Origin: Anthoceros angustus
Lineage: Eukaryota > Plantae > Anthocerotophyta
Assembly (NCBI GenBank): GCA_010909165.1
Contig: VJWM01000019.1
Coordinates: forward strand, 1,240,001 to 1,304,000
Reading direction: 5' to 3'
Length of the DNA stretch: 64,000 nucleotides
Each line of letters begins with the position of its first letter. Within the stretch, counting starts at the first letter, position 1. The notes beneath the pieces are model-generated. The model had not been told where the DNA came from and did not search any database. It saw nothing but the letters and a program-made list of their open reading frames with translations. The translations under genes were made by a program, and so were the position numbers. Of this stretch, positions 48,993-62,772 are shown one piece after another.

Positions 48993-51900
48993 TCAGTGCT
49001 GCCTTCGGCGATACACGCCATCACGGATTTCCAGCTTTTCTTCAGAGATGAGACGGGCCAGGAAGCTCTGGAGTTGCGGTAATGTCTTGTCGTATGGAGG
49101 GTCGGACACGAACATCTGCAGGGACGGTGTTCCCACGTCACGATTGCTGGGCGTCACCCGTAAGATGAAAGGAAACACAAGAAAGCATGTACCTTGAGCA
49201 TGTTGTGGATTCTATCCAATGCTAGAGACTCGAAGTTTGTCAGCATTCCCACCACATATGACTGCACCAAAACAAATGGTTAGGTCAAGCAGGCTGACGG
49301 CAGCTGCAGCGTCCAGTTGAGTCAGACAACAGACCTCATATACATTCATCTCCTGTTGCCACTGATCTTCCACTGATGCCACAGCACTCTCCCCTTCCTC
49401 GTCTCCCAGAAGAGGAAGTGCTGCTGCGCCACCCATGGAAGCCACGCCGCCTCCAGCATCTCCAATAGTTTCAATGATGGTGTACACCAGCTCTTCTTCT
49501 TTTGTTCCTCTGGATTCTATGAGGACCCCCTACACAGCATTGCACAATTTAGAGTAAGAAACGCTTTCAAGAACTGTGTGGCTGCCAAGCAGAGCTGTAA
49601 GACTAACCTGATTGACCCAGAGCATGATGCGCTTGCGTAAGGAGCTCACAGACACCCCCACGGCCGAGGCAAGGTCTGCTGCTAGCCACCTGCATTGAAG
49701 AAAACAGATGAAGTTAATGTGTACAGGACAGGTCCAGTACCTGTGGTGGCACTGGCTCTTACCTGGACTGTTGCTCAAACTGCATGATGATCGCAGCATG
49801 AACTGGGGAGACGACATATTGTGCAGATCGATCTTCAAATTGCAGCTCCAGCTGAAACACAAATATGCAACAGAACAGTCAGACGTATGAGAATGAACCT
49901 CCAAGAGCCTAAATCAAGCAGGCAAACTCTGGCAGGATACTCCACAAACCTTGACTGTGCCCAAATGCTTCTTCCACTGTAGCTTACGAGGAGCCTTCAA
50001 GGCATGATATCTCTCTGCATAGCTGTCAAGAAGCTTGTCCACAACTTCAGGTACCTTGATTGTTTCAGCCTGTGGTCATCGTGCCATGTGACTCATAAGT
50101 TTGACTTAGTTTAGCCATGTCTAAATACCACCAGGGCAAAACCTTCCTCTCTGACACACTCCTCAAAACCCAACGGAAGACACGAAACAGACTCACACAT
50201 TGCATGGTGTCTTAGTCACCTGAAATGGAGGCCAGAAAAGGGCGGAAATTATGGATGCATCGACAATATCCAGTGAAAGATCTCCTTCTGCAGCTCCAGC
50301 TGACTCGATCCTTTCAGGCTCAGACGTTGTTTGCACTGGAGTTGCTTGTCTGGGGCGATTTTCTGAGAGGGCAGTCAAAGCTGCAGACGTTCCTAATGCA
50401 GTATCCAGCCCCGTACTGATGCCAGGAGCAGGGCCAGGAGCAGGACCAGGTGCCAGTGCACTGCCGATGGGAGCCTTGATATTGGAATTGATCCGCTTAG
50501 AATCCGCTACATCCTTCAGCATGATCTCACAGCTATGCATGTTGTGCTCTCCAAACCGCAACTAAAGGGGAAAAGAAAGGAAATCAGCAAATGTAATAGG
50601 TGTTTTGCAATTGCACATTAGTGAAGGAATGTAAAAGTGGACTTCAACCTTCAGCAGCTCCAGCGTGCGAATCTCTCGGTCTGTGTCATAGTCAGACTTA
50701 TTCAGCAGCTTCTCTGCCAACATAACCCGGTACTCATTCACAAAGAGCTCTTTTGAGCCATATATACCGACCAGCATACTGATAATATCCATGAGTCTCC
50801 GGCTTTTGCTTGTTCGTGAAGGATCTGCTTCAATAGGATCAGGCTCCCATCTGCCTCCAACAAAGAGGAATCAGTGCTTGTGAGAACACACATGTCAACG
50901 GAGTCAAAATACCACCAAATGATATAAACATCTACCTTTCAGCAGCTGCCCAAGCCTCTTCACCATCGACATCGCCATCATCTTCACTGTCAACGTTGTC
51001 GACAGCAGACACACCCCTACTCAATTCTTCAAACAGACTCTCCCCTACCACACCTGGTACACTGCCTCCGCCCCCACTAGTATCATCAGTGAGCATAGTA
51101 ACAATGCACCTGATAGTATCCTTCCTTCCCCGTAAATACTCTTTGATAGGCTCCCCGACCGCCTCAAGTACCACTCCCGTGGGGTCCATTGTCCGCAAGG
51201 CTTTTATAGTTGACACATACTGAAGCAAAATATCAGTTGTTGCTGCACCAGCTGTCAACAGCCGTTGGCGCAATGCAGATCGGAAGGAGTCCACCAGCTT
51301 CGAATGCTGGCCAGTATTTTGCAAGCACTTTTGTAGGTCTTCAATTGCTGACATGCTGCTCAAGGACAAAATCATTCAGCTAGCAAAGTAAGTGCTACTG
51401 GGAGTTTCAGACTTCACAAAGCAAATTTGCATAAGGATGGCAAACAGCAGAACAGCACCTCTCGGGGTAGTCAACAATGATGTCAAAAAGCTCACTGATT
51501 CTCAGATCTCCAAGTGTTTCGTATGCAAAAAATTGGAGCCGTAATCGCCACCGAATAATCCGCTCATTTGAGATATCTCCATCTCCAGAGACCAGTGGAG
51601 ATAACAATGAAAGTGGACCACGAAACTCATGAGTGCTAGGAGCTGAAGATGCCAGAATGACGGATATGAAACACAAGGGGACAGCCTGCCAAGTGAAATA
51701 TTAGGTTCAGTAACTCGTACAATGGTCAAAATCCTAGCAACTATGGAACCTCGCAATAGGGATTGCAAAGTAAGCAAAAATATAAACCAACCTCAATCCA
51801 CTGACATATGGGACCCAAGACAGGCTTTTCATAATGCTTGTCTGCAACAGCCAGGATCTTCTTCTGCAAGACACATCAACAACAGCATTTGTGTGCAACT

Positions 51901-53506
51901 TAGCATAGTGACTTAAGGACCTCACTTGCACGACTGGCTGAGAGACGGACAAGCTTGTCGTCCAACGTACAAATGGATACCTTTAGGAGGGAGTATATGG
52001 CAGACGCATAGCCATCTTCGCTCATCGCAGCAAATCCAAGTTCTCGGAGGCATCGCACCACATTGCCAATTCCCATCACCCAAGCTTCACCAGCAACGTT
52101 GATGATTTCTTCCATGGTGGCCCCAGCACCAAGCTTGTAGTGACCAGCAGGATAGTTGATCCCTTCCATGTCCTGCACAACATCGTCTTCATCTCCCATC
52201 GTTGCCTTCTGATGGTCATTAGGACTGTGGCCAATAACATACATTTCTTCTGAGACTCCAGATGTTCCTCTACTACTCTGCAGGCTTTCCATCTCTTCGT
52301 CCTCATCAGCGCTAAGTCCTGGATCTAGAGGAGCCGATTCACCATCCTCTTCGCTCTCCCCACTTGCTTGAGAATTTCGGGCCTGGTTTTTAACCAACTT
52401 GCTGAACTCATCCAGTCGTCCCTTGAAGTACAAGTTTAGTATCTCTGCACAGAACATCCTTGCCCTGAGAGATGAAGAAACTGAAAGACGCAACAGGCTA
52501 AACAGTAATGGCTTCCCGCCCATTGGCAAAGATAGGAAGCGAGTGTGCTTCTTACAATGGCCTCTACTCCAATACTTGTAAGAAAGACCTGGCAGCATGC
52601 AATGCCTGTCTGAACAACCGCAGCTGATAGGCTTTAGAGAGCAGGCATTTGCGTAGCAAACGTACCAGAAAAATATTTTGGAGCACTTGCAAGGAGAAGT
52701 GCAGTTACGTTGGTTTGATACTGTGAGAGCAGATAAGAGAAATCTTGCGAGCGTGCAGGTCCCTCATCTGCAACTTGTAACTTGGGCCTCATGGCAAGGA
52801 CCAAGACAGCAAGGCAGGCCTCTTGTGACAACTTGACAGCGCACAACTCCGTAAGGCTTTTCTGAAGTGCGGATTGCACCCATCCATCGAGCTGCATCAA
52901 AGGTCAGAGGTCAATCTTTCCTCCGCCTGAAGTGGGCCCGGAACATCGCAGCACAAACTCCCAGCAGAGTTGAGCGTAGCACAGCATGTTGGTGGCAACC
53001 AGCCATCCAGCTGCAACAACATAGACCAGCTGATCACGGTTCCTCCTCCTCCTCCTCTCTTCCAAGCACAAAATGCACAGCTATAGAGGCAATGACAACT
53101 TGCCTTGGCCAACCCAGCAGCACTCCTCTGCGCTTCTGCCATCAAGCCAGTGAAATCTTCAAAATGACTCCAAAACCTCGAAACGTGCTGTTGCTTCAAC
53201 AATTTCTGCACCAAATCCGATACCGGATTGAAAAACAGAGCCTTCTCACACACAACCAAATATTCAAAACTCACTTCCCAACCGAAGCCTGACCTCCAGA
53301 GAATCCATGAAGTGCCCAGATACGAGGTAGCCCAGATCATGCTCGCAAAGCAGCTCCACGTTCCGGCGAAACTCCCCGTTGCAGAGCTCCTCCGCCTCCT
53401 CCTCAGACAGAACCTCCGAAGCCGCAGCCTTGGCGAATAGAGCGCTGGCATGGCGGGAATACACCTGCCATGCATGTGCTGTGAGCACCAGGCGAGCCTT
53501 GTCCAT
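48993..53506 (-). CDS. APC2: Anaphase-promoting complex subunit 2
   Basis: Multi-exon cullin-like protein: LRISELFDIIVDYPE, RLLTAGAATTDILLQYVSTIKALR..DPTGV, WEPDP, DIISMLVGIYGSKELFVNEYRVMLAEKLL, RFGE..CEIMLKDVADSKRIN, IHNMLKMF. Confidence 0.95.
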
Positions 53507-54000
53507 CTCCCGCCACAACGAATCCTATCCGCTCCGCTCCGCTCCGTCAGCCAAACTTCACCAATTCCCGCTCCCGAAACCTACGCTTCGTGCGCCCAAG
53601 GCTCGAAGGAGGCGGGAACGCTTCGCCACTGCCCCTTGAAATATTGCCGTGTGAACGGGCCGGGAAGGACGAGATCCTGCGAGATGGAACACAAGCTTGC
53701 CATGCCCTTCCGTCCCCGAATCAGGCTGGCTGTGAATTTTTCAATGCACCTACACATTCTCGGGAAGGAATTTCGAGTCCGGTGTCTCGCAATTTCCCAC
53801 TGCGGAGGCGGGGGGGGGGAAGCAGATGCATCAGTCCATGCTTTGCAGCCCGCATCCGCCGAGGACATCGTCCATTGCGTCGCGTGATGGAGCGTAGGGA
53901 TTAGGGTTGCGCCATCGATGCTAGCCGGAGGTGGGAGTTGGATGGCAATGGTGGTGGCAAGAGGTCATGAGGAGCAACAGCATCACGACCAGGGGAGTAG

Positions 54001-55654
54001 ATGAGAGGACTGCAGACTCGTGCAAGAGCGGCGTGGCTGGCCCTAGCGTCTCCGCTGCTGGGGTGGAGCGGGGGGAGAATCCAATCTGCCGAGAAGAAAT
54101 GTGCAGCCAGGATGCTGTACTGCTCTTCCCGGAGTGTTGTCGGAGGGCAGCAATGTCCGAGGCGTCTCAGCCTTGTGGAGACTCCCAGGCTGCAGCGGTG
54201 CATGAAGGAGAGGTTCCAGCCGGTTGCTGCAACCAGCACGCAAGCTGCTTCCGGCCGTAGATGGGGAATGGGTGAGTCTGACAAGGATTCTGCCAGCTCT
54301 TCGTACTCGGAGGCGGATGAGGCGAAGGAGGAGGCTATGATCTATCGTAGGACCGTGTACGAGCACGCAGACTGGATCCGGCACAGGAGCAGCGCAAGGC
54401 ACGTGCGGCACATTGTGTCCATCTTCTCTTCCAGGGTGGTTCACGCTCTGGGCTTGCCTGTGTTTGCGCTTACCGCCTTCGCTGCTTGGGTGGCAGCCTT
54501 CAATCTGGCTGTTCTGGCAGGCCACCTGCCTTCGTGGGTGCCGTTGCTGCAGGTATACATAGTTCCGTCCCGGCTTTGGTAGGTGATGGTAAGCATCCAA
54601 TTCTTGTCCAGTCCTGATGCTGCTCCGGTTTGCGCTTGTGGTAGGTGTCGTCCCTTCCGTTTCAGCTTACAGCCCCTGCGCTGGCCCTGCTTCTGGTTTT
54701 TAGGACGAACTCTTCCTACGGACGCTTTGACGAAGCCAGAAAGGCCTGGGGCATGAACGTGAACCGCTCCATGGACCTTGCTAGGCAGGCTTTGACATGG
54801 ATGCACCGCCCATCAGATGCTGAGAGACTCAAGGAGCTCCTGCGCCATACGGTTAGCTGCGATGCTCCTTGTTGCCACGTCAAAGATGCTGACGATGTTG
54901 CACTGCACACTGACCGACCGGAAGGGACTGCTGTAGGTGGCTTTCTCCCACTGCCTGAAGCACCATCTAGATGCAGAGGAGGGCTTAGAGGCAGCACTTC
55001 AATCCCTCCTTCAGAAAGACGAGGTGGATGCAATCCTGGCTGCTCCTCACCGACCCCACTACGTCCTTCAGAAGCTCACAGACATCATCGACAGCTCCGA
55101 CATGATACAGATGCACAAAGTCCTGATGGCAAGTTCCAAACCACCTTACCTTACACCTTCTCTCCTGGCTACCACCTTCTTCTCCCCCCTCAATTTTATC
55201 CACAATGCAATGCAGGACGCAAACTTAACCCAGCTGCACGACGTTGTGGGCTCATGCGAGCGGATCTATAGGACTCCTATTCCGTTATCGTACACCCGCC
55301 TGACCTCCCGCTTCCTCGTCTTCTGGCACCTGGCATTGCCCATGGCGCTGTGGGACGATTGCAACTGGTACATCGTTCCGGCTGTGTGCTTCAGCTCAGG
55401 CACGCTCTTCTGCATCGAAGAGGTAAGCCCACTCCACTCTCCTGCACCCGCTACCTTCATCCTGCTTCACACAACATTGCCCACTATCACCACAATCTCC
55501 ACAGGTGGGAGTGATCATCGAGGAGCCCTTCTCCATCCTGGCCCTGGGTCATATGTGCCTCTCGGTACGGCAGAACGTGGATAATCTGGTTCGCGCCTCG
55601 GCATTCGTTAAACACCAACGCTGTGCATCAGCGAGGGCCGGAGGCAAGGCCTGA
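54001..55654 (+). CDS. Bestrophin-like (UPF0187/VCCN-BST family) plastid anion channel
   Basis: RTVYEHADWIRHRSSARH, PFQLTAPALALLLVFRTNSSYGRFDEARKAWG, GSCERIYRTPIPLSYTRLTSRFL, IEEVGVIIEEPF; five exons. Confidence 0.92.
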
Positions 55655-57446
55655 AGGACAAACCCCAGCCCACCGCAGCACCGTGCATCCGATGCCCGCC
55701 ATAGCTGATCAACAAACACCAAGAACGAGAAATCCGAACAGTTCTTGGAACCGCCTCAGAGGTTGCTGTTCTCGCAGGCAACCAGAGTCTTCGAAGTGCA
55801 GCCGATTGCCGCGCGAGGCAGCGAGATGAATCTGCGACCGAAACCTTCAACCCCAGGACGGCAACGGACCTCCTGGTTTCGATGGAGTCACCATTTGCGT
55901 TTCTTGTTCACACGAGGCGAGTGAGAGCCTGTTGGAAAGAGTTTGGCGTGGAGCGTGGAGATTCTGGAGCCTTTTTTTTCGTAATTAAAAACCGTGAAAT
56001 TCGCCAGTTGAATATGTGCAACTAGTACTCGTTGCACATATTCAACATTTTGAATATAAATCGTCAGCGTAATTTGCAGAAACATTGGAAAAATTCTCTT
56101 GCAAGAAAGATACAAATACTGTTATTGTTATAGCTGGCTCCGAGGCTGATACTTGCCATGAGGTTGATTGCTGCCACTATTATGACACGGCCAAATAGAA
56201 AGCTCCAAAGGCACCCATTACGAGAATATGAAGATGACATGTATATTTATAACTCAATTATAATCCACCAATCATAATATATATTCTTCAGCCATCAAAT
56301 TTTTGTTCGTATCGATGTTTGTATACTTTTTGGGTCACTGCAAGAAAAATAAAATTCAAACTTTCGCATCTCGCAAAGCGTCCATGAGTTTTACAATGCA
56401 AGGAGACATGGTTATAAAATGATACAACAGAATTTAGAATTTACAACATAAGATTAGCTTGGTTTGTTGATGTGGCAACACCTTCTTCATGCATTCCAAT
56501 TCTTCCAGGCTATAGACCCTATAGTTTATACCATTATAGTTGATATTTCCATTCCATAGAACATAATTAGTTTATTCTTTTACCTAATAATATATATTTT
56601 TTCTTTTACACAAAAATAATTTTTTGCTTTTACCTACTGATATGGATATTATCTTGATCCGGGCCGAAATCTACAAACAGTATGCGCTTGATAATTATAA
56701 GCATATAATTAGAATTTATACTGTATATAAGTATACACATTTTCGGGCTGTCTAATTTTATAAGTTAACTCTTCACCCAATGGCCTACCCCAGAAAAACA
56801 AAATCTAATAGGTTGTGGGGTACCTGATAGCTATAGCAACTGTGATACATAATTACAGACTCTGGCCTTAGAATTGCAGCTTTCATAAAAAACAAATTTG
56901 GCGACAGGATGACGTGTGTAACATGTCGATGACGATCAAATAACGTGGCCGAAGTACCGCATAAAAAAACCCATAATATCGACCGTTCAAAAACAGTGCG
57001 CCAGAATCTTTCCCAGTCCCAGATGCTTGCCGTAAGCACAGACAGGTGTGAGCCCCTACGACGATTACCCGCCGCTGGGTGAGGAGAAAGGGCGCCACAA
57101 AGCGATTTCAGAAACCTGCCGTCTTCCAGTGTCTTGAATACTACCTTCAAAACCCGACAGCGATCCAGTTGCTCATCAGGGCCTTGACAGCTGCGCATAG
57201 TCCACAAACGTCAGTTTAAATGCAGAACAGTATGAACCTCCACAATATGGTTACACTAATCCCACCACTACCATAACCCTACAGTAATCCGGGACCGGAG
57301 ACAGAATTTCGATGCTCTCAGAAAACGATATGCTGGATCAACGGACCCCGCAGATATTTACCTTCAATTCCTGTGAGTCAGCTTCTGCCACTTAGTTCTG
57401 TTAGTCATGATGAACAAGCGCTGCCGGCAGGTTACTACGACCTTGA

Positions 57447-59175
57447 TCAGGAGATTAGATTAGATTTCCGGGAGCGTAAGAAGGCATCCAAACGATCCCA
57501 AAATTCTAGCACTGCCGTTCTATCTTGATGCCGCTTGTGTCTGCTCAGCTGCAAGCCCCATGAACTAACGTTAAGGATTAAGAATTTGATTATTCATACG
57601 AACTGACAGATTAAAGAAGGGACAAGCTTGGAACAGATATATACGGCCAGTGTCTACGGGCTTACGGATATGATCTTCACATTCCACTTCCGTACCGCTT
57701 TGGCAGATTCCACACTGTCATCCTCAAACCTGAGATGGACTCCCAGGGCTGCATCGACACAAAAAGATAAATACAGAAGAACCCAAGCTGACGGCGAAGC
57801 CAAGAAGAAAAAGCATACTAGGTGGCGATGTGCACTTACTCCGGTCGAAGATTTCCGCATGATCCTTGAAGGGCCAGTCCTTAAACTGCCATTCCTTACC
57901 CAGCACAAATACTGCGACCACTCGTTCCCAGTCCTTGGGCGAGAGACTGGAAGGCTTATCTCTGACCTCGTACTTAATGGGGTTCTCCCTCCCAATCTTC
58001 CGTTTTATAGAAAGCACTTCAGTCTTCTTCTTGGTCAAGTCCGGAGGCACATAAACGCCATCTTCAAGGAACTCCTTAGCGTTGAATGTGTTGAGCAGAG
58101 TCTGAGAAGCGCTGGGAACGAGGATAATGGGAACCCCCGGAGCAGCATCGTGCCTCTGCTGGCTGTGGGCCGGCCCGGAGCCCACGGCAGGTCTGTGGTG
58201 GTGCTGGTGGTGAGGAGGCCTCTGAGCCCCTCTGCCGTGACCCCAGGAGTCATGCTGCTGCTTGTGATTACTGCCATCAGTGATGAAGCCCTGCGTGGGG
58301 TCAATACCAAGGTCTTCGGCATCAGTTCCCAGATGATCTTTCCAGAAGGTCTTCTCCTCCGGATCCGCATACCTGTGGGCGGACGGCTCCCCTCCTGGAC
58401 CTGCTGCCTTTTCAGCTGCTCCTCCAGCTACAGCTCCTCCTGCTGCTGCGGGAGCATCCTTGGACCCACGTCCTGGCTGCTGCGAATCGTTGTCACTGCG
58501 TCTCTTATCCTCATCCCGCTTGCTGCCCAGACTTTCCAGAATGCTGCGAAAGCTCTTGGCGGGGCAGAGGAGAATGGTCTCCCTGTCCCGGACAGGCCGC
58601 TCCTGAAGGATATCCGCCAAGCTGTCATATATCGATGAGGCCTCCGTGGAGGCATCAATGCTCCCCGCTAGATTGTCCAAAGACGCTGCCGCCGACGCTG
58701 CTGCGTGAGAGAAACGGGAGCGCTTGTGCGGTGGTCCGTCCTCCTCCCCTGCTCCCGCCGCCGCCGTCCCCGCGGCGGCGCCAGCTGCTGCGGCCGCCGC
58801 CGGCAGCGGCAAATCGGCTGCAGAAGAGAGCGGCAAGGCAAGCGGAGCAAGCAGCTCTATGGCGTCGTTGGTGGACACCCTGCCTTCCAGATAATCCTGC
58901 AGCGGCTTGCGGTCGGTGAAGGTGACAATCTGCAGCTTGAGGGACCGAGCCTGTTGCATATACTCGGTGTGCTTCAGGTTGGTGTTCTTCACAAAGAAGA
59001 GCAGCGACTCCAGAGTGTAGTGCCCGCCCTGCTTGTTCCCAGCAATCCGGTACGCCGTCTCCAGGTTGGCAGGGAAGCGGTAGTCATCGCCGAATCGCAC
59101 CTCGCCGTCCACCAGCTTGATGTTGCCGACATCGTTGCGGACTGTGTAGTCCCGCAACAACCCCAGCGCATCCAT
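57447..59175 (-). CDS. CDC73: PAF1 complex subunit CDC73/parafibromin (PHP)
   Basis: MDALGLLRDYT..., GVPIILVPSASQTLLN..KEFLEDG, YEVRDKP..DWERVVAVFVLGKEWQFKDWPF, FEDDSVESAK..WNVKIIS|LSRHKRHQDRTAVLEFW. Confidence 0.95.
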
Positions 59176-59244
59176 GGATACCGCTGCTGCTGCGCTCGTC
59201 ACTACAGAGAAGCACTGCTCCTCCAGCTACCCGAGCTCCACATA

Positions 59245-59252
59245 TAGGGTTT
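59245..59252 (-). promoter_or_regulatory. Telo-box (AAACCCTA) upstream of CDC73
   Basis: TAGGGTTT on the + strand, about 70 nt upstream of the CDC73 ATG. Confidence 0.45.
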
Positions 59253-60362
59253 CGTCATGACCCGAGCGAGCTGTACCGAGGATCCCTCAGCCTCGCCCTG
59301 GAGCATTTCCCTCAGGCCAAGGGCCTATCGCATAACAAGCTCCCCTTCCCCCTCCTATCTTGCAACAATCCACATGCCTCTGGAACGGGAGTTTGGCATG
59401 GCAGTACTGTACCCTGGCAAGGCTTGGAAACCTAATAACCCTTGTTTCCTCGGATGCGTGAGCTCATGTTCAGCTGCAAACACGATCCCACAGCATCAGC
59501 CTTTGTCAGAACCCGTCAGAACGACATACAGCACGAGAACCAGGATCCAAAATACCCAAGTGCCCCGACCTGCATACGCTTGCAATCATAGTATGTCTCT
59601 CGCAGCCCTGCACACTTGCTTGGAACTGAAGGCTCTTGCTCCCCCACGCAGTCTCGCATGGACCTCCCCTCTACCTGTAGTCCAATTCACAACCCCATGA
59701 AAACCCAGCAGAAATGTTAGAAGCTTGAAGCAGCCTTTGTGATTTTACCCTAACACAGTCGGACTCGCTCAGGCACTTCACAAGCTCCTGCGCCAAACCC
59801 TTGCATGACTTCGCCATACTCACAGAGGGCGACACGAAAAACCTTCAAGGCTCCAAACTAATCAGAACCCTGACCAGACTAAGGCCAACCGCTCGCCCGA
59901 CTCTTGACGCTTTGGGGATTCTGTTTGCAAACCAGACCACCTCTTGCTCTTCCTGCATTTCCACATCCGATAACAACAAAGCCCTGGACGAGAAAGCCTC
60001 TGCATGTTCGAACAAAGCACCGCCCTTACAAACTTCACGCATCCATCGAGTCTGGTCTTGACGGCAATGCCTCTTCTCTTCTGCAAGAGTTTCTGCTTCT
60101 CCTTGAGTTTCAAACCCTCTTAGGAAACACGACGGAATGCATGGAACACGGCTTTGATTGTTGTCTCAAAGTGACATGCTCAGTCTTGGAGGTAGGCACC
60201 AAACAAGCCATGCGTCCCAAAAGCAACCTTAGATTTCACCAGACTGTCCACAGGGAACACCTCTAGTTCTTCTCCTCAGTCACCTGCTCAAGCTCCTTTT
60301 TAATTACCCGAGCTGTAGATTTGCTCGCACGCTCTCGATCTTCACCAACTGCCGCAAGCACG

Positions 60363-62022
60363 ATGGGCAAGAAGAAGCCGTTTGTGGACAAGAAGACTGC
60401 GGCTACCTACAGGCTGGTGTTCAAGAGTGGGGAGGATGGAGACGAAACGGACCGTGTGTTCGTGCGGACCGACGATGGCCCAGCCTGCGTTCCCGGCTTC
60501 GGGGATGAGGATGACGAGAGGCGTTCCCGATTCGCCGGCGACGCAGACTCCAGTGATGGGAGCTTTGCTGGGTACTGGGCAGGCTCTCGCTCACAGGAGC
60601 CTCCGCTTTCGGCTGAGCAGAGGCTGGAGCTGGTGGACGCGGGCTTCCCTGATGACGGCTACAACTATTTGCGGCACCTCAGGAGCATCTCAAAGCAGGG
60701 CACCTTCGTACCTGCCGCCGGCTTCACCTTGGACCGGCTCCGCCCCGACGTGAAGGTAGGCTATGATGTGCCGCTGCTTTCAGCGGATTCGGGGTTTGGT
60801 TTGGTTTGGTTTGGCTGCTGCTGATTGTGTTGGGGGTTTTGCAGGTTTATGCCGCGTCCCCGGAGAGTGGGGCGGCCAAGGCGGTGAGTGGTCGAGGGTT
60901 TCAGGAATTGGAGGATGACAAGGATTTTGAGGCCCAGTCCGATGGGGAGATCGAGGATGACTTTGTCTTGATTGCAAATGAGGGTGGAGACGGAGCACGG
61001 GATTCCGCTAGTGGGTACGACCGAGCGGAGGTCGAGGAGGGAGACGAGGAGGGCGTGTGGGATGAAGAGGCTGAAGCTGAGGATAGGCCCAGGCGCGATC
61101 TGGATCGTCAGTTTGAGAAGGTAGTGGGTCGATTGCTGAACCCTAACGTTTGCCTGGCATGGGAGGTGGATTTGTTTCTGATTTTGCTTGTGATGCTGCA
61201 GCTGGTTCTCCATGAGTACGAAGACGGTGATTCAGATGAGGATGGTGTCGTTCCAGACTTTGAGGTAGACAGCTCTGTGCTGGAAGAAGCCATGGCGGAG
61301 CTCACAACTGACCGGCAGTATGAGACACCTGCTGGGCTTGCTTCTGCGAGGAATGGGAAGAACGAGGCATCTACCAAAGCGGAGGGATTGTATGGGCTGA
61401 AAGAAGCTGGGGCTCCGCTTGTGCCAGAAAGGTTTCTTTTTGAGGATAAAGAGTCAGATAATGAAGTGGTGCTGGAGGAGATATCCGATAAGGAGGAAGG
61501 GTGGGACTGCGAAACGATCGTCTCCACGTTTTCCAATCTGGATAACCATCCTGCTACGATAGATGTTGTGCCGGTTAGGCGGAAGAAGCTGCAGACGGTT
61601 GTGAATGATGGGGAGAACAGGCCGACAATACGGTTGGGAGGCAAAGAGAAGTTACCACTGGATTATGTGGGTAGGAAGGGCGTGGAGAAACCCAGAAACA
61701 GAGTGAAGTTGCCGGCAATACATGAGCCTCCTTCATCAGACGAGACTCCTTTGCAGGGCGATAATGGGAGTAATAGGCGTGATTCCCCCGAACGTCGGAA
61801 AGCGCACAAGGTGAGGAGGTGGTTGTCTGACGTTGATTGCCGCAACGTGGAAACTGTATGGTGTGCCTTACGACACCCAAACTGCTTTTGCAGGCTGCCG
61901 TCAAATCGGAAAGGAGAGAGGCGAGGATTGCGAAGAAGGCCTTGAAACTGCAGTACAAGGCTGAATCAAAGCGGATTCAGCACGATGCCGCTCATGCGGT
62001 ACAGGTTGCAGTCCATCTTTGA
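60363..62022 (+). CDS. LTV1: Ribosome biogenesis protein LTV1 homolog
   Basis: MGKKKPFVDKKTAATYRLV, GFPDDGYNYLRHLR, EIEDDFVLIAN, WDCETIVSTFSNLDNHP, AAVKSERREARIAKK. Confidence 0.92.
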
Positions 62023-62772
62023 CTGACTCGTCTGCATCGACTTCAGGGGTTTGGAATGCCTTCTGGTGTACAGAGAACCAACAAATTTTGCCTGGATCCC
62101 GAGCACTGTCAGCAATTTATAAACACCCTTTGGATGGAAAGGGAGGGATAGAAGACAGGTACATCTATTGTACGATAGCTGCATCAACTCTTGTCATCCT
62201 CGGCTGTCCTCTGCCTGCCCTTCCGTAAGGCACCAGTGCCTGCACAGGTCTTCGGAAGGCAGGCTAAAGTAACCTCTTTCGATAATCTGCAAGTGCAGCT
62301 GCCTGCCCTTCTGTATGGCACCAGTGCTTGTGATCCAGCAGTCTCGTTGGAAGTGAAACGGACGCCCACAGGTGGCTAAATTCATGCAGGCACCGCAGTA
62401 GTCGTCTATGCTGGCAGCGTGCACTATGAATTACCCCAGAAATGGATGCAATCCATGCGCACTGCAGCTTACCCGGTAACAACAGCCTTGAGTTCGAGGA
62501 AGGTATTGGAAGCTTGGTCAGACCAGTTAACACTAGGAATCGGAAGTGTGCGGTTCGAATCCCTAGGACAGCGAACGCGGAGAATATACCTGTTATAAAA
62601 GTACATCTCGTGTCCAAGTATGCAAGCGTTCGTGGCAAAAGAATGGACAATTGAGACACTTGGCAGGCGACCGGCGACGACCAGTAGATAGAGGAGTCAT
62701 GTGGACATAGGTCAGGGTCTACGTCCAAGGGCAGGACACGCTAGGGCCGGGGTGGCTGGAAGAAGAGAGAGC

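Noticed and set aside
57628-58638. 336-aa + strand ORF (also 62719-63417 - and 37916-38701 +)
   Set aside because: These are antisense shadows of GC-rich CDC73, SelO and RNF113A coding exons.
62500-62575. tRNA-like B box GGTTCGAATCCC
   Set aside because: The T-stem pairs poorly and no acceptor, D or anticodon stems or A box could be built.
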